Of a DNA stretch of 64,000 nt, positions 40,877 through 53,709 are shown piece after piece (position 1 is the first letter of the stretch; every line of letters starts with the position of its first letter). Source of the DNA: Mobula hypostoma (lineage: Eukaryota); contig NC_086118.1 in the NCBI RefSeq assembly GCF_963921235.1, positions 23,252,001-23,316,000 on the forward strand, given 5' to 3'. The position numbers and the translations under genes were made by a program. A model generated the notes under the pieces. It made no database searches. It saw nothing but the letters and a program-made list of their open reading frames with translations, and was not told where the DNA came from.

Positions 40877-42618
40877 CAGGTGTCCCCCGCTTTTCGAACG
40901 TTCACTTTACGAAACCTCGCTGTTACAAAAGACCTACATTAGTTACCTGTTTTCGCTAACAGAAGGTGTTTTCACTGTTACGAAAAAAGGCAGTGCGCGA
41001 AAAAAGCAGTGCGCGCTCTGAGCAGCCAAGCTCCTCCCCCGGAACTGCATTCTAGCAGGTATTGCTTAAACACGTGCCTGTGAGCATCCGTTAGCAAGAT
41101 GAGTTCTAAGGTATTGGAAAAGCCTAAGAGAGCTCTTAAGGGTGTTACACTTAGCGTAAAACTAGACATATTTAAGCGTTTCGATCGTGGTGAACGAAGC
41201 AAGGACAAAGTGAGTTTGGCTTGTGGAAGTTGAAGAAGATGATGTTGAAGAGGTTTTGGCATCCCATGACCAAGAACTAATAAATGAAGAGCTGATGCAA
41301 TTGGAAGAGGAAAGGATAACACTCGAAACCGAATGCAGTAGCGAATGGACCGAAAGTGAAGTCGTCCAGGAAGTGAACGTGAAGCTGCAATGATAAAGTA
41401 CGACTTTAATTTTGAAAGGGTACGTCGGTTTGGGGTATATTTGCAAAATGGTTTGAGTGCTTACAAAGAACTGTATGATAGAAAAATGCGCGAGGCTAAG
41501 CAGTCAAGCATACCGTCCTTTTTCAAGCCTTCCACATCAGCCACAGCAGACGATGAACCTCAACCTTCGACATTGAGGCAGGCAGACATAGAAGAAGATG
41601 ACCTGCCTGCCCTGATGGAAACAGACGACAATTAGATGACACCCCAGTGTCCCACCACCCCAATCCCCGGGCCGCGGACTGATACATTGCCGCAGAGAAT
41701 GCAGCAGTAGCCGGGATGCACCCAGCACATCTTTAAGAAAAAAGCCAAAATAAACAAGCTACATACATCAAAGTTGCTGGTGAACGCAGCAGGCCAAGCA
41801 GCAACTTTGATGTATGTTGCTTGAATTTCCAGCATCTGCAGAGTTCCTGTTGTTTGAAAATAAACAAGCTAATTGATTAGGTGCCGCTGGGCACTTAAAT
41901 GTCGGGCCAGATCAGAAGCGATTGCCGATTGTGTCGCCTCTGATCTGGGCTGACATTTACATGCCAGGCGGCACCTAATTAATTAACTTGTTGATTTCAG
42001 CTTTTCTCTTAAAGATGTGCTGGGTGCGTTCCGGCCACCGCTGTACCGCTGCATGCTTCACGGTTCGGTATTGGTCGGTGGCCTGGAGGTTGGGGACCAC
42101 TGCACCACCCTAACCTCCGACAACTCAGCCTAATACACCATCATCAGTGTGATCGGCACTGTCCCAATTCCAGTAAGTGATACTAAACTGTACATACATT
42201 ATTTCTACTTTATATCGGCCGTGTATTTTTACGTGTTATTTGGTATGATTTGGCAGTTTCATAGCTTAAAGGTTACTGGAGAGAGTTTTTCTGCTGAGAG
42301 CGCTTGCGCCATGTTTTTGCCAACAGCGCTTGCGTGAGATTTTCGCTATGGAGAACAGTGCGGCACTGATTGTAGAAAAGTATTTCTACTCTATATAGGC
42401 TGTGTATTTATCATATCATTCCTGCTTTTACTATATGTTACTGTTATTTTAGGTTTTGTGTGTTATTTGGCATGATTTGGTAGGGTTTTTTTGGGTCTAC
42501 GAACACTCAAAAATTTTTCCCATATAAATAAATGGCAATTGCTTCTTCACTTTACGACATTTTGGCTTACGAACCGCTTCATAGGAATGCTCTACCTTCG
42601 GATGGCAGGGGAAACCTG
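40877..42618 (+). mobile_element. Tigger-family non-autonomous DNA transposon with long internal palindrome
   Basis: TA|caggtgtcccccgcttttcgaa ... ttcggatggcaggggaaacctg|TA. N-terminal MSSKVLEKPKRALKGVTLSVKLDIFKRFDRGE (from 41099) is joined to a C-terminal YKELYDRKMREAKQSSIPSFFK; the catalytic middle is absent. Appears inserted in a CR1 fragment. Confidence 0.88.
41762..41856. mobile_element. 95-bp PLE-derived insertion with inverted 5' part and 15-bp TSD
   Basis: TSD aaaataaacaagcta at 41747-61 and 41857-71; 19-bp inverted repeat 41761-79 / 41799-817; matches the 3' end of 26465-27154. Confidence 0.88.
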
Positions 42619-42620
42619 TA

Positions 42621-43130
42621 TAAAAAAAAAATGTGCTGGCATTGGAGAAGGTACAGAAAAGATTCACAAGAATGATTATGGGAATGAAAGAGTTAGTGTA
42701 TGAGGAGCATTTGCTGGTTCTGTGTCTGTACTCACTGGAGTTCAAACGAATGACGGGGGATCTCATTGAAACTTATCAGATATTGTAAGGCCGAGAAAGA
42801 GTGGATGTGAAGAGAATGTTTCCTGTATTGGGGGAGTCTAGGACCAGAGGGCACAGCCTCAGAATAGAGGGACATTCTTTTGGGACAGCGCTGAAGAGGA
42901 GTTGCTTCACCCAGAGGGTGGTGAATCTGTGGAATTCATTACCACAGGCTACCGTAGAGGCCTAGTCTCAAAGCAAAGGCTTAATTAGTAAGGGCATCAA
43001 AGGTTATGGAGAAAAAGTAGAAGAACAGAGTTGGGAGCCACGATGAATAATAAATCAGCCACGATGGAATGGCAGAGCAGACTCAATGGGCCAAATGGTT
43101 TACTTCTGCTCCCAGGACTTGTGGCCTTAA
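42621..43130 (+). mobile_element. CR1 3' fragment
   Basis: Homologous to the C-terminal part and 3' UTR of the CR1 at 8612-10426 (gggggatctcattgaaact, aggaccagagggcacagcctcagaata, gtgaatctgtggaattc). Confidence 0.88.
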
Positions 43131-43191
43131 CTAAGTTCCAGTTATTTTGTTTCCAGTCTCCATTCTATAAATGATTTTGATACAAATATAT

Positions 43192-43440
43192 ATTTTTTTA
43201 GCGTGTCGCACCAGACAGTCAGCCATTCTTGTCTGGTGCGTGGTGTCAGGATTGGTCTCCATTCAGATTAACTAGGTCACGATATGAACGTTCCTGACTC
43301 GACCTTTTTTTTTTAACGAGGCCAAGTGGCTACCTTGGCACGGCTGGAAAGCGTGCTCTGGGGGTGGCCCGACTTGGATTTGAACTCGGGAGCCCTCGCT
43401 CCGGAGTCCAGCGCTGATGCCATTGCGCCACCAGCCGGCC
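43192..43440 (-). mobile_element. tRNA-derived SINE, full length (249 bp), with 11-bp TSD
   Basis: Minus strand begins GGCCGGCTGG; A box TGGCGCAATGG (43430-43420); B box GAGTTCAAATCC (43387-43376); A-rich tail; TSD tacaaatatat at 43181-91 and 43441-51. Confidence 0.88.
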
Positions 43441-44828
43441 TACAAATATATGAGACGGATAAAGTTAGATACAGAAGAATGATACACCTCAGTAGGAGTA
43501 AGGAAAAAAGGAGAAGCGCTGTGACCTTAATTCCAAAGTGAATGCATGATCCGAGAGAACTGGATTATATGTCTTGAAGGTGGTAGGGCAGCTTGAAAAA
43601 GTATTCACAGACTAACAGGAGATTTGGGATTTCCCAAGTAAAATTGTGGAATTCATTAGCAAAGAAATTATGTTGAATATTTATAAAACACTGGTTCAAA
43701 GTATCTTGAAAATCACATCCAATTCTGGTCAGCGCAGTTTAGGGAGGATGTGAAGGCCTCAGAACTGCCAAGTATGTTATTTGATGATCATTTTCAATAT
43801 GATATACTCTTAGGTAACATGTGTAGTACTTTGGGAAATAGTCATCACAAAATCCAAATAAATAAATTAAACAATCTTCAATAAATGTGCTAATTATCTA
43901 TTCCCATAAGGCCACATTTCAAAACCCCATGTTTCAAGGTTTGAGAATGATATATTGAAGGGGACAGTTTAGTCTTATTAATAAAAAAATGATTTATGAA
44001 GTTGTTAAAAGTAATGTTTATTAATGTTTTCTACAAATATTTCCTCCAGTTTCAAATTCAATCCCATTCCTCAACCATAAAGACTGAATGTAGTGAAAGG
44101 GTCTTTTCCTTTTTATGGCATTTTATTCCTGTGACCATCATATTAATGTTTATTCTAACCTGTCCGTTTCATGTTGATTCTGTTTAAGTTGCTATTATGT
44201 TTGATGAAGTATTAAGTAGAAAGCTGAACTAGCATTCATGCCTGTTACAGGAGTTCTTTGAGGAGACTTGTTTGAGGATAGTTTAGTCTGATCTGCTTTC
44301 CATTTGGAAGTGGTAGTGATAGTCTTGATGGTTCTTAAGTTTAGAATTTGTACAGAATAAAGAGGCATGAAGTTTACCATTCTGGTTGTTGTCTTTGTTG
44401 CACTTTTTCTCTCAGCTGATGTCTGCAGAAAATGTTAACCACTTGTGATATTAATATCATAATCTGTTTTGTTTATTGGGACCTTGAATGCCACCCAGAT
44501 AGATGAAAGGCATTTAACTATAAATAGCTCAGAACTGGGCAAAAAAAATACAATTTCATGTTAGTTGGCTTCGATTTGGGAGTCAATCACACAAGCAAGA
44601 TTCATTATTCCATCGTGAAATAATTCGCATATGGCAGAGCTTTGTCAACAATTGGAATTTGTTGAATGAGAACTGAAACTCTGAAGGCCATTTTTTGAAA
44701 TATCCTATGACTTTATGAAACTTATTTTTCATCTTTCTTTAATAGTATCATTCTTTCAATCATCTGGCAGAACAATTCTTCTCCAAGAGTTGAGCATCAC
44801 ATAAGCCTTAGCTTCAGGTCTAACAAAT

Positions 44829-45174
44829 AGAGGCATTGATCGTGTGGATAGTCAGAGGCTTTTTCCCAGGGCTGAAATGGCTGCTACAAGAAGGCACAGG
44901 TCTAGGGTGCTTGGGAGTAGGTACAGAGGAGATGTCAGGGTAAGTTTTTTTACGCAGAGGGTGGTGAGTGCGTGGAATGGGCTGCCGGCAACGGTGGTGG
45001 AGGCCGACACAATAGAGTCTTTTAAGGGACTTTTGGATAGGTACATGGAGCTTAGAAAAATAGAGAGCTATGGGTAGCCCTAGTAATTTCTAAGGTAGGG
45101 ACATGTTTGGCACAACTTTGTGGGCCGAAGGGCCTGTATTGTGCTGTAGGTTTTCTATGTTTTCTATGTTTCTA
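44829..45174 (+). mobile_element. CR1 3'-end fragment (different subfamily)
   Basis: ORF 44844..45077 has FFTQRVVSAWNGLP..VVEA; ends in (tttctatgt)n. Confidence 0.9.
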
Positions 45175-46791
45175 AAAAACATGTTAAAATTCAATGAGCT
45201 TTCCAAAATGCTTTCCTTATAAACTTTTTTTTACTCTTCCCATTCTATCAGTTCTCCAAATCAGAGCTCAGGCAAAAGAGAAAATAAGTTGTCTGTCTCC
45301 CATTCTGGTAAAGCAGCCGTCTGGGAGGAATTAGCAAATATTACCTAAGATTTCATTTCTGTTTATCATTTCATCCCACTAGCTTTCCTTCAGAGCAGCA
45401 CCAAATAAAAAAAAATCAATTTTATTGTTTCATCTAACTGTTCAGATCTTTCACAATGTTTAAATATTATGTAATCTAGAATCCAAATCTCACATAAAAG
45501 TACAAAAGCAAACTTTAGCAATATTTAAAAACACTGCAATGTAGTAAGCCATGCTGTAAAGTGCTTCCTGGTCCAGGAATCACCTTTTAAGTTAGTTGAA
45601 ATGTAATTTAATTCCTCTTTGCTGGTTTAAAAGTTAGTGACTTGTCCTGCTGTGATAAAGCATAAATGGTTGTGCTAAATCATCATCTCTATCTTTGCAC
45701 CATTCTGTAGCCATTTTTAATTTGCTTAAAGTTGTTGGCCATCCTCTTGTGACAGCTTGGTAAAACTCCAAAATATTCCTGGTTACATGCAGGACAATGA
45801 TAGGAGGTGATACCTAGCTGTGCACCAGAACCTGCTCATGCTATTTAGTTGTGAAGCAACAACATACAACCCTAAGAGCCTTATGTGACAAATATAGTCA
45901 TCAATATTTACCTCAAAGAGGTTGCCAGTCTCTTGTTTCTTTGTTGAAATGATCTCACACTCCATTTCATCGAGATTCATTGTAACTGAAGGTTGTATTA
46001 TTAATATTTAATGATATAATCTATTTTGCAATGAATATTATTGAAATGTGTATTGCTGAAACTGTTTACCGGTATTTCTAAATAATATGTTATAGTTTTA
46101 TATGGTGATGTAATACAGGGTTTTCCTATTTTTGTGAAAAATATGGATTTCTTTATTATGATAGTTGCAAATCAGCAAGTTTTCAATGGCTAAGCTCTGA
46201 TACAGTCATAAATCCTATTCTTTTTGGTCATTTTTCCAATACAAGGGAGAGTGAGAAAGTGTGCAACATAGCTTGGCTTCCTGTTTGTTTGGGCCTTGAT
46301 ACAACAGCCACCCAACATTAAAAAGATATACACAGGCACCACCTGTGTAAGATCCATCATCTAGAAATATAATAAAAGCATATCAACTAACAAACTTTAC
46401 CATTGCTACAAAGCAGATCAGAGTCTCTTTGGGCTATAGATTCAAATCTAAAATGAATTCCTGGCATCTAATGGTGTTGCACAAACCGCAAATTAAGCAG
46501 AATCTTGTGTAGCTCAGGTTTGAGAAATCAAGAAGACTGAAATTGGGCAGCTGGAATCAGCTGAATCCTGAACCCATCTTGTCTTTTTGACTCAGCTTCT
46601 CACTTATTAAACTCAAAAACAATGGAAATTATAATTGTATTTCTACAAGACAATATAACTATTCATTGTCATGTAGTTGGAAGTATGATTTGAGTATACG
46701 CTGCTGAAAATTACAGAACATTGAATAAACAAACAAGTACAATGAGTTCTCACCATTTGTGAGGAATCTACAGTCTATTTAATTACTGCAC

Positions 46792-46882
46792 CACACACAA
46801 AATGCTGGTGGAATGCAGTAGACCAGGCAGCATCTATCGGAAGAAGTACAGTCGACGTTTCAGGCCAAGACCCTTTGTCAGG
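46792..46882 (-). mobile_element. PLE-derived short fragment with degenerate hammerhead motif
   Basis: Reverse complement reads cCTGACAAagggtcttggcctGAAAcGTCgactg...agatgctgcctgg. Confidence 0.8.
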
Positions 46883-47406
46883 TGTTGAGTTTGTATTCAG
46901 TCAGCCCCACTAAGAGCAAATGTCTGTCACATCCAGACAGATCATTAGTGAAATATCCTCCTATTATCTTCCAGCGGTTCCTGCAGATTTGAGCTGATAA
47001 ACAAGGGAAGTACTTAATTTTAGAAGATTGTCGGGAAAACGCGTACACTCCTTACAATTAATTGTTTTTAATGCAGTCAGTTTGCATAAGAAATACTTGC
47101 TTGTTAATTCATTGCATGCAATCATACTCACCCTTAATAAAGGAAATTAATAGTTGTCAAAGAAAGCTGGAAGTAGAGCAACAGATTATTCATAATCACA
47201 GACAAGAAACCAGTAGCTGACACAGGTATCTCGTGTCATGAGATGACAGAGGGATGGGCAGGGAGAAAAGGAACATTTCTAATTTATAATGTATTGCTAG
47301 CAGTTATATATCACGGAAATCTTAAGAAAGATGTCTTTTTTTCTTAATATCTAAGAATTACATATCCAGTTTGATGAGCCATGTGTGTTTTTTTTTAAAC
47401 CCACAG

Positions 47407-47639
47407 TCCTCTCCACGCTGTGTCCTTTGCACTTGCCTGCAGTGTGTCTGGTACAGCAATACTGGGACTTGGAGCTAACCCACTGACTGGAGCACTGGGT
47501 GCCTTTAATATTTTCCTCTACACCTGCTGCTACACCCCATTGAAACGGTTGAGTATTCTCAATACCTGGGTAGGCTCTGTGGTCGGCGCTATTCCTCCAG
47601 TCATGGGCTGGACAGCAGCAACTGGCAGCTTCGGTGCAG
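47407..47639 (+). CDS. COX10: COX10 internal coding exon (233 nt, equivalent to human exon 6): [77 protein letters not shown]
   Basis: cacAG acceptor ending at 47406 and GTAAGT donor at 47640. Carries heme O synthase motifs [25 protein letters not shown]. In frame with exon 34338-34408 across a 12,998-nt intron. Overlaps ORF 47420..47725. Confidence 0.97.
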
Positions 47640-49679
47640 GTAAGTCCTTTATCCAGTCTGTCTTCCAAACATTCTCGGGGAAAAATAAAGATGGGCATGG
47701 ATCATACAGAAATCTGATTTTGTGAAAACTCGTCTCCTAAATCAATGGTAAATATGAATCACCATCTTGAGATGAGCAGCCTGGAGGGGAAAATAAACCT
47801 CCTGTGATCTGACATGGCTGTTCTTTAGATCATAGCAGATAGACATACTGTAACAATGTTCAGTAGTGAATAACTAAATCTTGTATTGGGTAGTTTTTCT
47901 TTATTTGCAAGTTGATTGAAAATAAATCGAATCAAATTAGATGATATAGTGAAGGAACTTCTTGTTGTACCACTCTGGACAGATGAATAACAAATAGCTG
48001 GCTAGCTTCCTTCTTGTGGATATGTGTTGATTTTAGTAATATGAATTATCATGTGTTACACACTTAGTTGATGTCGTCATATTTCCAAGTAGCTGCCCCT
48101 TGTGAGACAGGGCTACCATCAGTGTTCACATTACAGTGTTGTAGTAATTCAGTTGTTTGCTGTACATTAAACAGCTGACAGTTTTATAATTTAAACTAAT
48201 TAGTCTGCATTTGGTTATTTGTGCCGGATGTCGTTGGGCATCTGTTCCTGTGAGGATCAACGTGATAGTTCATGATTATTTCCAAACCTGACTCTTTTCT
48301 GGCACAAAGGTTTAATCAGAGATAAACAATGTCTACAGCCAGTGAGGTGAATGAATATTTTCCTGACATAAATTCAAATCATAGAATACACTTGACATGA
48401 TTGCCAATGCTAAATGTTACATTATTGCTAAACTAAATCTGAAGAAGCACATTTCAAAGGCTTATAACAAATGTGCAAACCACCCAGGACTGATCTAACC
48501 CTGTCCCAGTGGATACATGATGAACCTTATCATTAATTGACCATCAGATAAAGAGATTTTCCCATGGTGGGTGGTGACACGGTAGAAGAGGATGCATCCT
48601 TGGTGGGCTCAGATTACCAGTGACCAATGTTTTATCCCAGATATTAATGATACACAAAGCTACTGCAGTTTTCAATTCAGTTCAGAAAGTTTCTACTTCA
48701 ACATTACTTTGTCCAAAGGGGATTAATGAAGGTTCTGTGGCCCAGTCGTACCATTAGTTGCTGGCAGGCATATACAGTACACACTTCAGTGTTTGTTGGA
48801 AGGTGAGTTTGAAACATTGTTTTAAACAAGTTTATTTTTTGCATTATAGTGACCTCTGCCAGAATGTTGTTTAAAAGACAAAGGGAAATTTCAGTGGAAT
48901 TATACTTCTGTCTCTAGATCTTAGCAAACCAAAGTTCCCTAGCTGACAAGTGTAAACAAATTGTGATTCATTCAAACCACCAACGCACAAGGTAAATGCA
49001 ACACCAGGACACGGACTCTAATTTAAAATAGCATTCATTAAATATCTCTGAATAGGTACTTATCATCAAATGAAATTAATGTGATGAAGTAATGTCAAAA
49101 ATTATTTCAGCAGATGTAAGTTACTTAAAATCAGGGTTAAATTCCAATTCATTCCACCCCAGTTCAACATTACACACAGCATATGATTGTTTTAGTATTT
49201 TCCTTCCCTGCATTTATTCATAATTTGACATCGGAATAAGTGTTAAATAAACTGCTACTACTGGTAGCCACACTGCGATGGCCTTTGAGCCAGGGAAGAG
49301 TGAAGCTTGGTGAATGCCGACATATTGTGTGTCTGACATACTTCCAAGTGAATCTCGTAATCTGTCATCAGAGACACTAATATAAACAGGGCAGTTTCAA
49401 GATTGGTCAACCTTGTTGATCAAATACTCATTCCATTTGTTAATGTAAACAGGGCTAATGGCTCTTGTGCATCTTGGCACCTACATGCTGTGAACCATAA
49501 AAAGATGGTCATAGAGTAATTACAGAAAATAATTTTTATCTTCCTGTGGGGAAAATTGTTATCACAATGATAATAACAGTTCATAGTTTGCTGCAATTGC
49601 TCTTTGTATTTTCTACCATTAGTCTCTACTGTTAGCAGAATCACACAGTGGATTCGGCCCAATGGGAACACCATCACCC

Positions 49680-50140
49680 ATCACATGGTACATAACCTTC
49701 TATGCTTAAGTGATTCAAGTATTCATAGACTTTTATTAAATTCTGTCAGTAATTTAGCATCAGCCACTTAGGCAGTGCATTACAAGTACTTCCACTCCCT
49801 GTGTGAAGAAGGTATCTGCTCAGAATTTATCACCCTTGCCCTAAACCTATGTTCTCTAGTTTTATCTACCTTTGATATGGGGAGAAGTTCCCCTGGCCTT
49901 TCCTGTTTGTACCCCTCATTTTATACTTCAATGCAGTCCTGTCGTTACCTCCTCCACTGAAGGGGGAAAGAAGATGTAGCTTCTCCATTCTCTCTTCATA
50001 ACTGAACTGCTCCATCCCAGGTAATGTCTCCTCTGCACTCCCTACAGCACCACCATCTCCTTCTGACACCTTGGTGACGAGAACCATATAGAGTACTTCA
50101 GCTAAGGTTTGACCAAGGTTTTATAAAATGGAAACATTAC
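49680..50140 (-). mobile_element. Degraded CR1 3' fragment
   Basis: ORF 49866..50087 has LPGMEQFSYEERMEKL.L, a CR1 ORF2 C-terminal motif. Confidence 0.6.
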
Positions 50141-50324
50141 CTTCTTTCTTAATAATAATAATAATGGCTCCATCTGTCTAAGTAGACAATGGATGCGCCC
50201 GGTTTAGGACTCAATTGGGTGCGGAACAGTTTTGGCTGTGGCTGAATAAGCTGATTCTTGAGCGGCAGTCCTTGGCATAGCTGCTGCACAGCTTTCTTAA
50301 TATATGTTATGAAACTGTTTATGA

Positions 50325-51112
50325 CAGGGGTCCCCAACCTTTTTTGCACCGCGGACCGGTTTAATATTGACAATATTCTTGCGGACCAGCCAACCTTGGG
50401 AGGGTGGGGGGGGGGGTTGTTCGGGTAGGGTTAAACTCACCTCAACATGTCTTTTACAGTTAGGGTTGCCAACTTTCTCACTCCCAAATAAGGGACAAAA
50501 GTAGCGGTCAAATCCCGGGACACTTTACCCCAGGAAAGACTACCATGACCATGAAGCCTTGAGTGGGCACCTGTGTGCGCATGCGTGACGTGGGCATGTG
50601 ATGTGCGCATGCGCGTACGTGCTGATTTTTTCCCCCACAAATCGGTTTTGCCTTCATCTTCCCGACTATACTGTACATACATTATTTCTACTTCATATAG
50701 GCTTTGTGTTTGTCATATCATTCCTGCTTTTACTATATGTTAGTGTTATGTATTTTCGGTTTTATGTGTTATTTGGTATGATTTGTTAGATTATTTTTTG
50801 AGTCTGGGAACGCTCAAAAATTTTTCCCATGTAAATTCATGGTAAATCCTTCTTCGCTTCACGCCACTTCGGCACGAAAGGTTTCAGAAGAACGCTCTAC
50901 CTTAGCGGGGGAAATACAAGACAAACCAATTTAGTCCAATATACGGGCTGTCCCGGCAAATACGGGACAGTTGGTAACCCTATGTTCAAGTTCAACAGTG
51001 TGTGACAGGGAATGAGGAAAGGTGCAGCTGACTCTTATCCTTTCCTCACGGCCCGGTAGCACATGCTTTGCGGCCCGGTACCAGTCCGTGGCCTGGTGGT
51101 TGGGGACCGCTG
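50325..51112. mobile_element. hAT (Charlie-like) non-autonomous composite containing a second TIR pair and a Tigger end
   Basis: Outer TIRs caggggtccccaacc / ggttggggaccgctg; imperfect flanks gtttatga / gtttacct; inner TIRs tagggttgccaact (50461) / agttggtaacccta (50982). About 50670-50915 matches the 3' end of the Tigger at 40877-42618. Confidence 0.8.
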
Positions 51113-51799
51113 GTTTACCTGGCAAGTGTGTCATCCCCTCTAAAATTTTTGATGACCAGGAAGCCACACCAGGACAAAGTTAAAATTAGATTGTTACTGA
51201 TCTATATTTACAGTTTTCTGAAAATGGATGAATAGTCTTATTACTTTAGATTCCACAAATACAACCCCATCATCATTTCATTTAGAAGAAGTCTTGTGTT
51301 TTGCTAAGAATCCATTATATTTATTTCATTAAAAGCCCTTACATTGTCTGCATGACAAGATTACATTGATGATGCTGGGTATATGATTAGCATAAAACTA
51401 TGTCTGGAATTATATAGGCCAATAGTTTATACTTATTCGATCTATAACATTATTTTGTGAATGCCCATTGTTTGTGACAGTGCTTCTGCCTTATGAGAAT
51501 CACTCATTAGTATTCTTAAGTGACACAAACCAAAATAAATTGGTTTAAGAATGAGCAGAATATTGTATGATTAATTACCTTTGCCAAGTGAAATGCTCCG
51601 TGCTTTATCTGGGTGGTACCACCTACCCCTCTTCTCTTTCTATGTGCTCCCTTGAAGTCAAAGATGACTAGTACTTCCATTCTCATAGTGTGGGTTCTGT
51701 AGTGGCTGATGAGGCCAGAGTGGAATCCACAAGTGAGGCAGGGATGCTTGACATGGAGATGGGTGATTAGTAAGGGAGGCGGTACAAGCCTTTTACTTG

Positions 51800-52405
51800 G
51801 TTTTGTAATCAAGATCGGAAATACAAACATCAAACAAGTCAACAAATTCAGATATCTTGGCAGCCTAATAACAAGTAATGGCAGGTGCGACACAGATACC
51901 AAATACATAATAGCAATGGCGAAAGAAGCTTTCCAAAAAATGAAGACCTTATTAACAGACATAAAGATGAGCATGTACACTAAAAACAGAATACTACAGT
52001 GCTACATTTATTCTATCCTGACTTATGGAAGTGAGTGCTGGACCATTTTCCCAGCAGTGAACAAGAGACTTTAACAGGAGAATGTTAAAAATATCATGGA
52101 CCACACACAGATCAAATACAGAAGTTCTCAGAAGAGCCCAAGCAGTTCGATCACTCATACCAACAATAAGAGAAAGACAACTCAGATTCCTAGGACACAT
52201 CATGCGGAAAGATGAACTAGAAAAACTCATACTCTCTGGAAAGATCAAGGGGAGCAAACTTCGAGGAAGACCTTGGCTCATGTACATCAAAAGCCTAGCC
52301 AGGTGGCTACACATTGAGGAAATGGAAGTCAGCCAAAAAAAAGGAAGGATAGATCTATATGGAAAACCATGGTCACCAACGTCCGCATCGGATATGGTAC
52401 CTAGA
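51800..52405 (+). mobile_element. RTE-clade LINE 3' fragment
   Basis: IKQVNKFRYLGSLIT, IAMAKEAF.KMK, YSILTYGSECWT, L.ISW....SN.EVL, QLRFLGHIMR and G...RGRP motifs in ORFs 51709..52074 and 52082..52420. Confidence 0.88.
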
Positions 52406-53709
52406 CAGACTTGGTTTTGACATGTATTGACAAAGGAATGAGTTTCTCTCTGTCTTCCTGAATAGGCTATAACTTTGAGAAGTAAAAGGCCATTACTTCC
52501 CATAATTTAATGAAGTTATTACATATTAACAAAGAAGTTCTGAGAACATTCTTGAAGCATTTTCACCTGGTATCTCTTGTCATGCCCAAATTCAAGTTTC
52601 TTCAAGTTCAAATGTTAGTATCGTTCAACCATACATGAATATCGCCAAATGAAACTGTGTTCTTCTGAGATCAGCCAAATCTGAGCAGGATTCTTGGGAA
52701 ACTTGGGTCAGGAGTGCAGACAATATGGTCCACCAGTGATCAGAGCCTTGATGCTAAGGGTGCTAACATGCGAGAATTTTACTTATCCTCATGATAGGTT
52801 TGAAGGATTTTGCAGAGACTACTCTCCAGGGCTGCCTGGCAGACTGCGAGCTATAATGCTGGTTTTGAGGTCTTCATCTTTTGAAAACTCTCTTCCTCTG
52901 GTAGACAAAGGCTGTGCTTGCCTGTTGGAGGCAGTGGTGCATTTTATCATCAATGTCTGCCTCTGCTGAGAGGTGTCTTCTGACAAATGGAAAGAGCTCC
53001 ACATTTTTAGCGTTCTATCCTTTATTACAAGAGTAAGGGCAATGTTGTGCACAGAGGCAAGTTGGTACAAGACATGTTTTACATGTCTTGCGTAAGGCCC
53101 ATTCTCTCATACACTAAGTGAAATAATCAGTAATGATGGTGTTCTTTCTCCAAGTGGACACAAACACTGGTAATGTCTGTGTACTACAGCTCAGTAACTG
53201 AGGCTGGAGTGGATGTGAACAGTTTTTTCATCCTAGGTTAGCTTCACTCAAGGAAACCTGTTGGAGGTGGGATGCAATAGTGAGGCAAGGGATATTAAGG
53301 AGAAGGTTTGAACAGTGATACAATCTGCACTGGGGTTAGGTTTATAGTACATCTTGTCAAACATTAAATGTAGATGAACTTCTGGGATCAGCCCAGTTTG
53401 AGAAGGATTCTCCACAGTCCCTCTGGATTGATAGTCAAACGATTCTGTAGGCTTGGAAAAGACCATATATGGCAGTTACCACTCCATTTGATACCTTCCC
53501 AGACCTGTTTTTGGTCATGGTAGAGTGAGGACACACAGTGTAAAGGCAGTTTTAACGGGACTTTCCATCTTATATTGAACACAAAACCCTACCCCAGAAG
53601 TTAATTATGTTTTCTCTCAATGCTTGCCAAAAGACCTGTGTGAAATAAATTAGCATTTTACTTTCATCCCCTTATGAGAAAACAACTTCATGTCTTGGCT
53701 TTAGGATTA

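Noticed and set aside
43365..43440. Possible tRNA gene
   Set aside because: A and B boxes are present, but there is no convincing acceptor stem and it continues into a SINE body, tail and TSD.
47420..47725. 101-aa ORF as a standalone gene
   Set aside because: It is the COX10 exon read through its GTAAGT donor into intron; homology ends at 47639.
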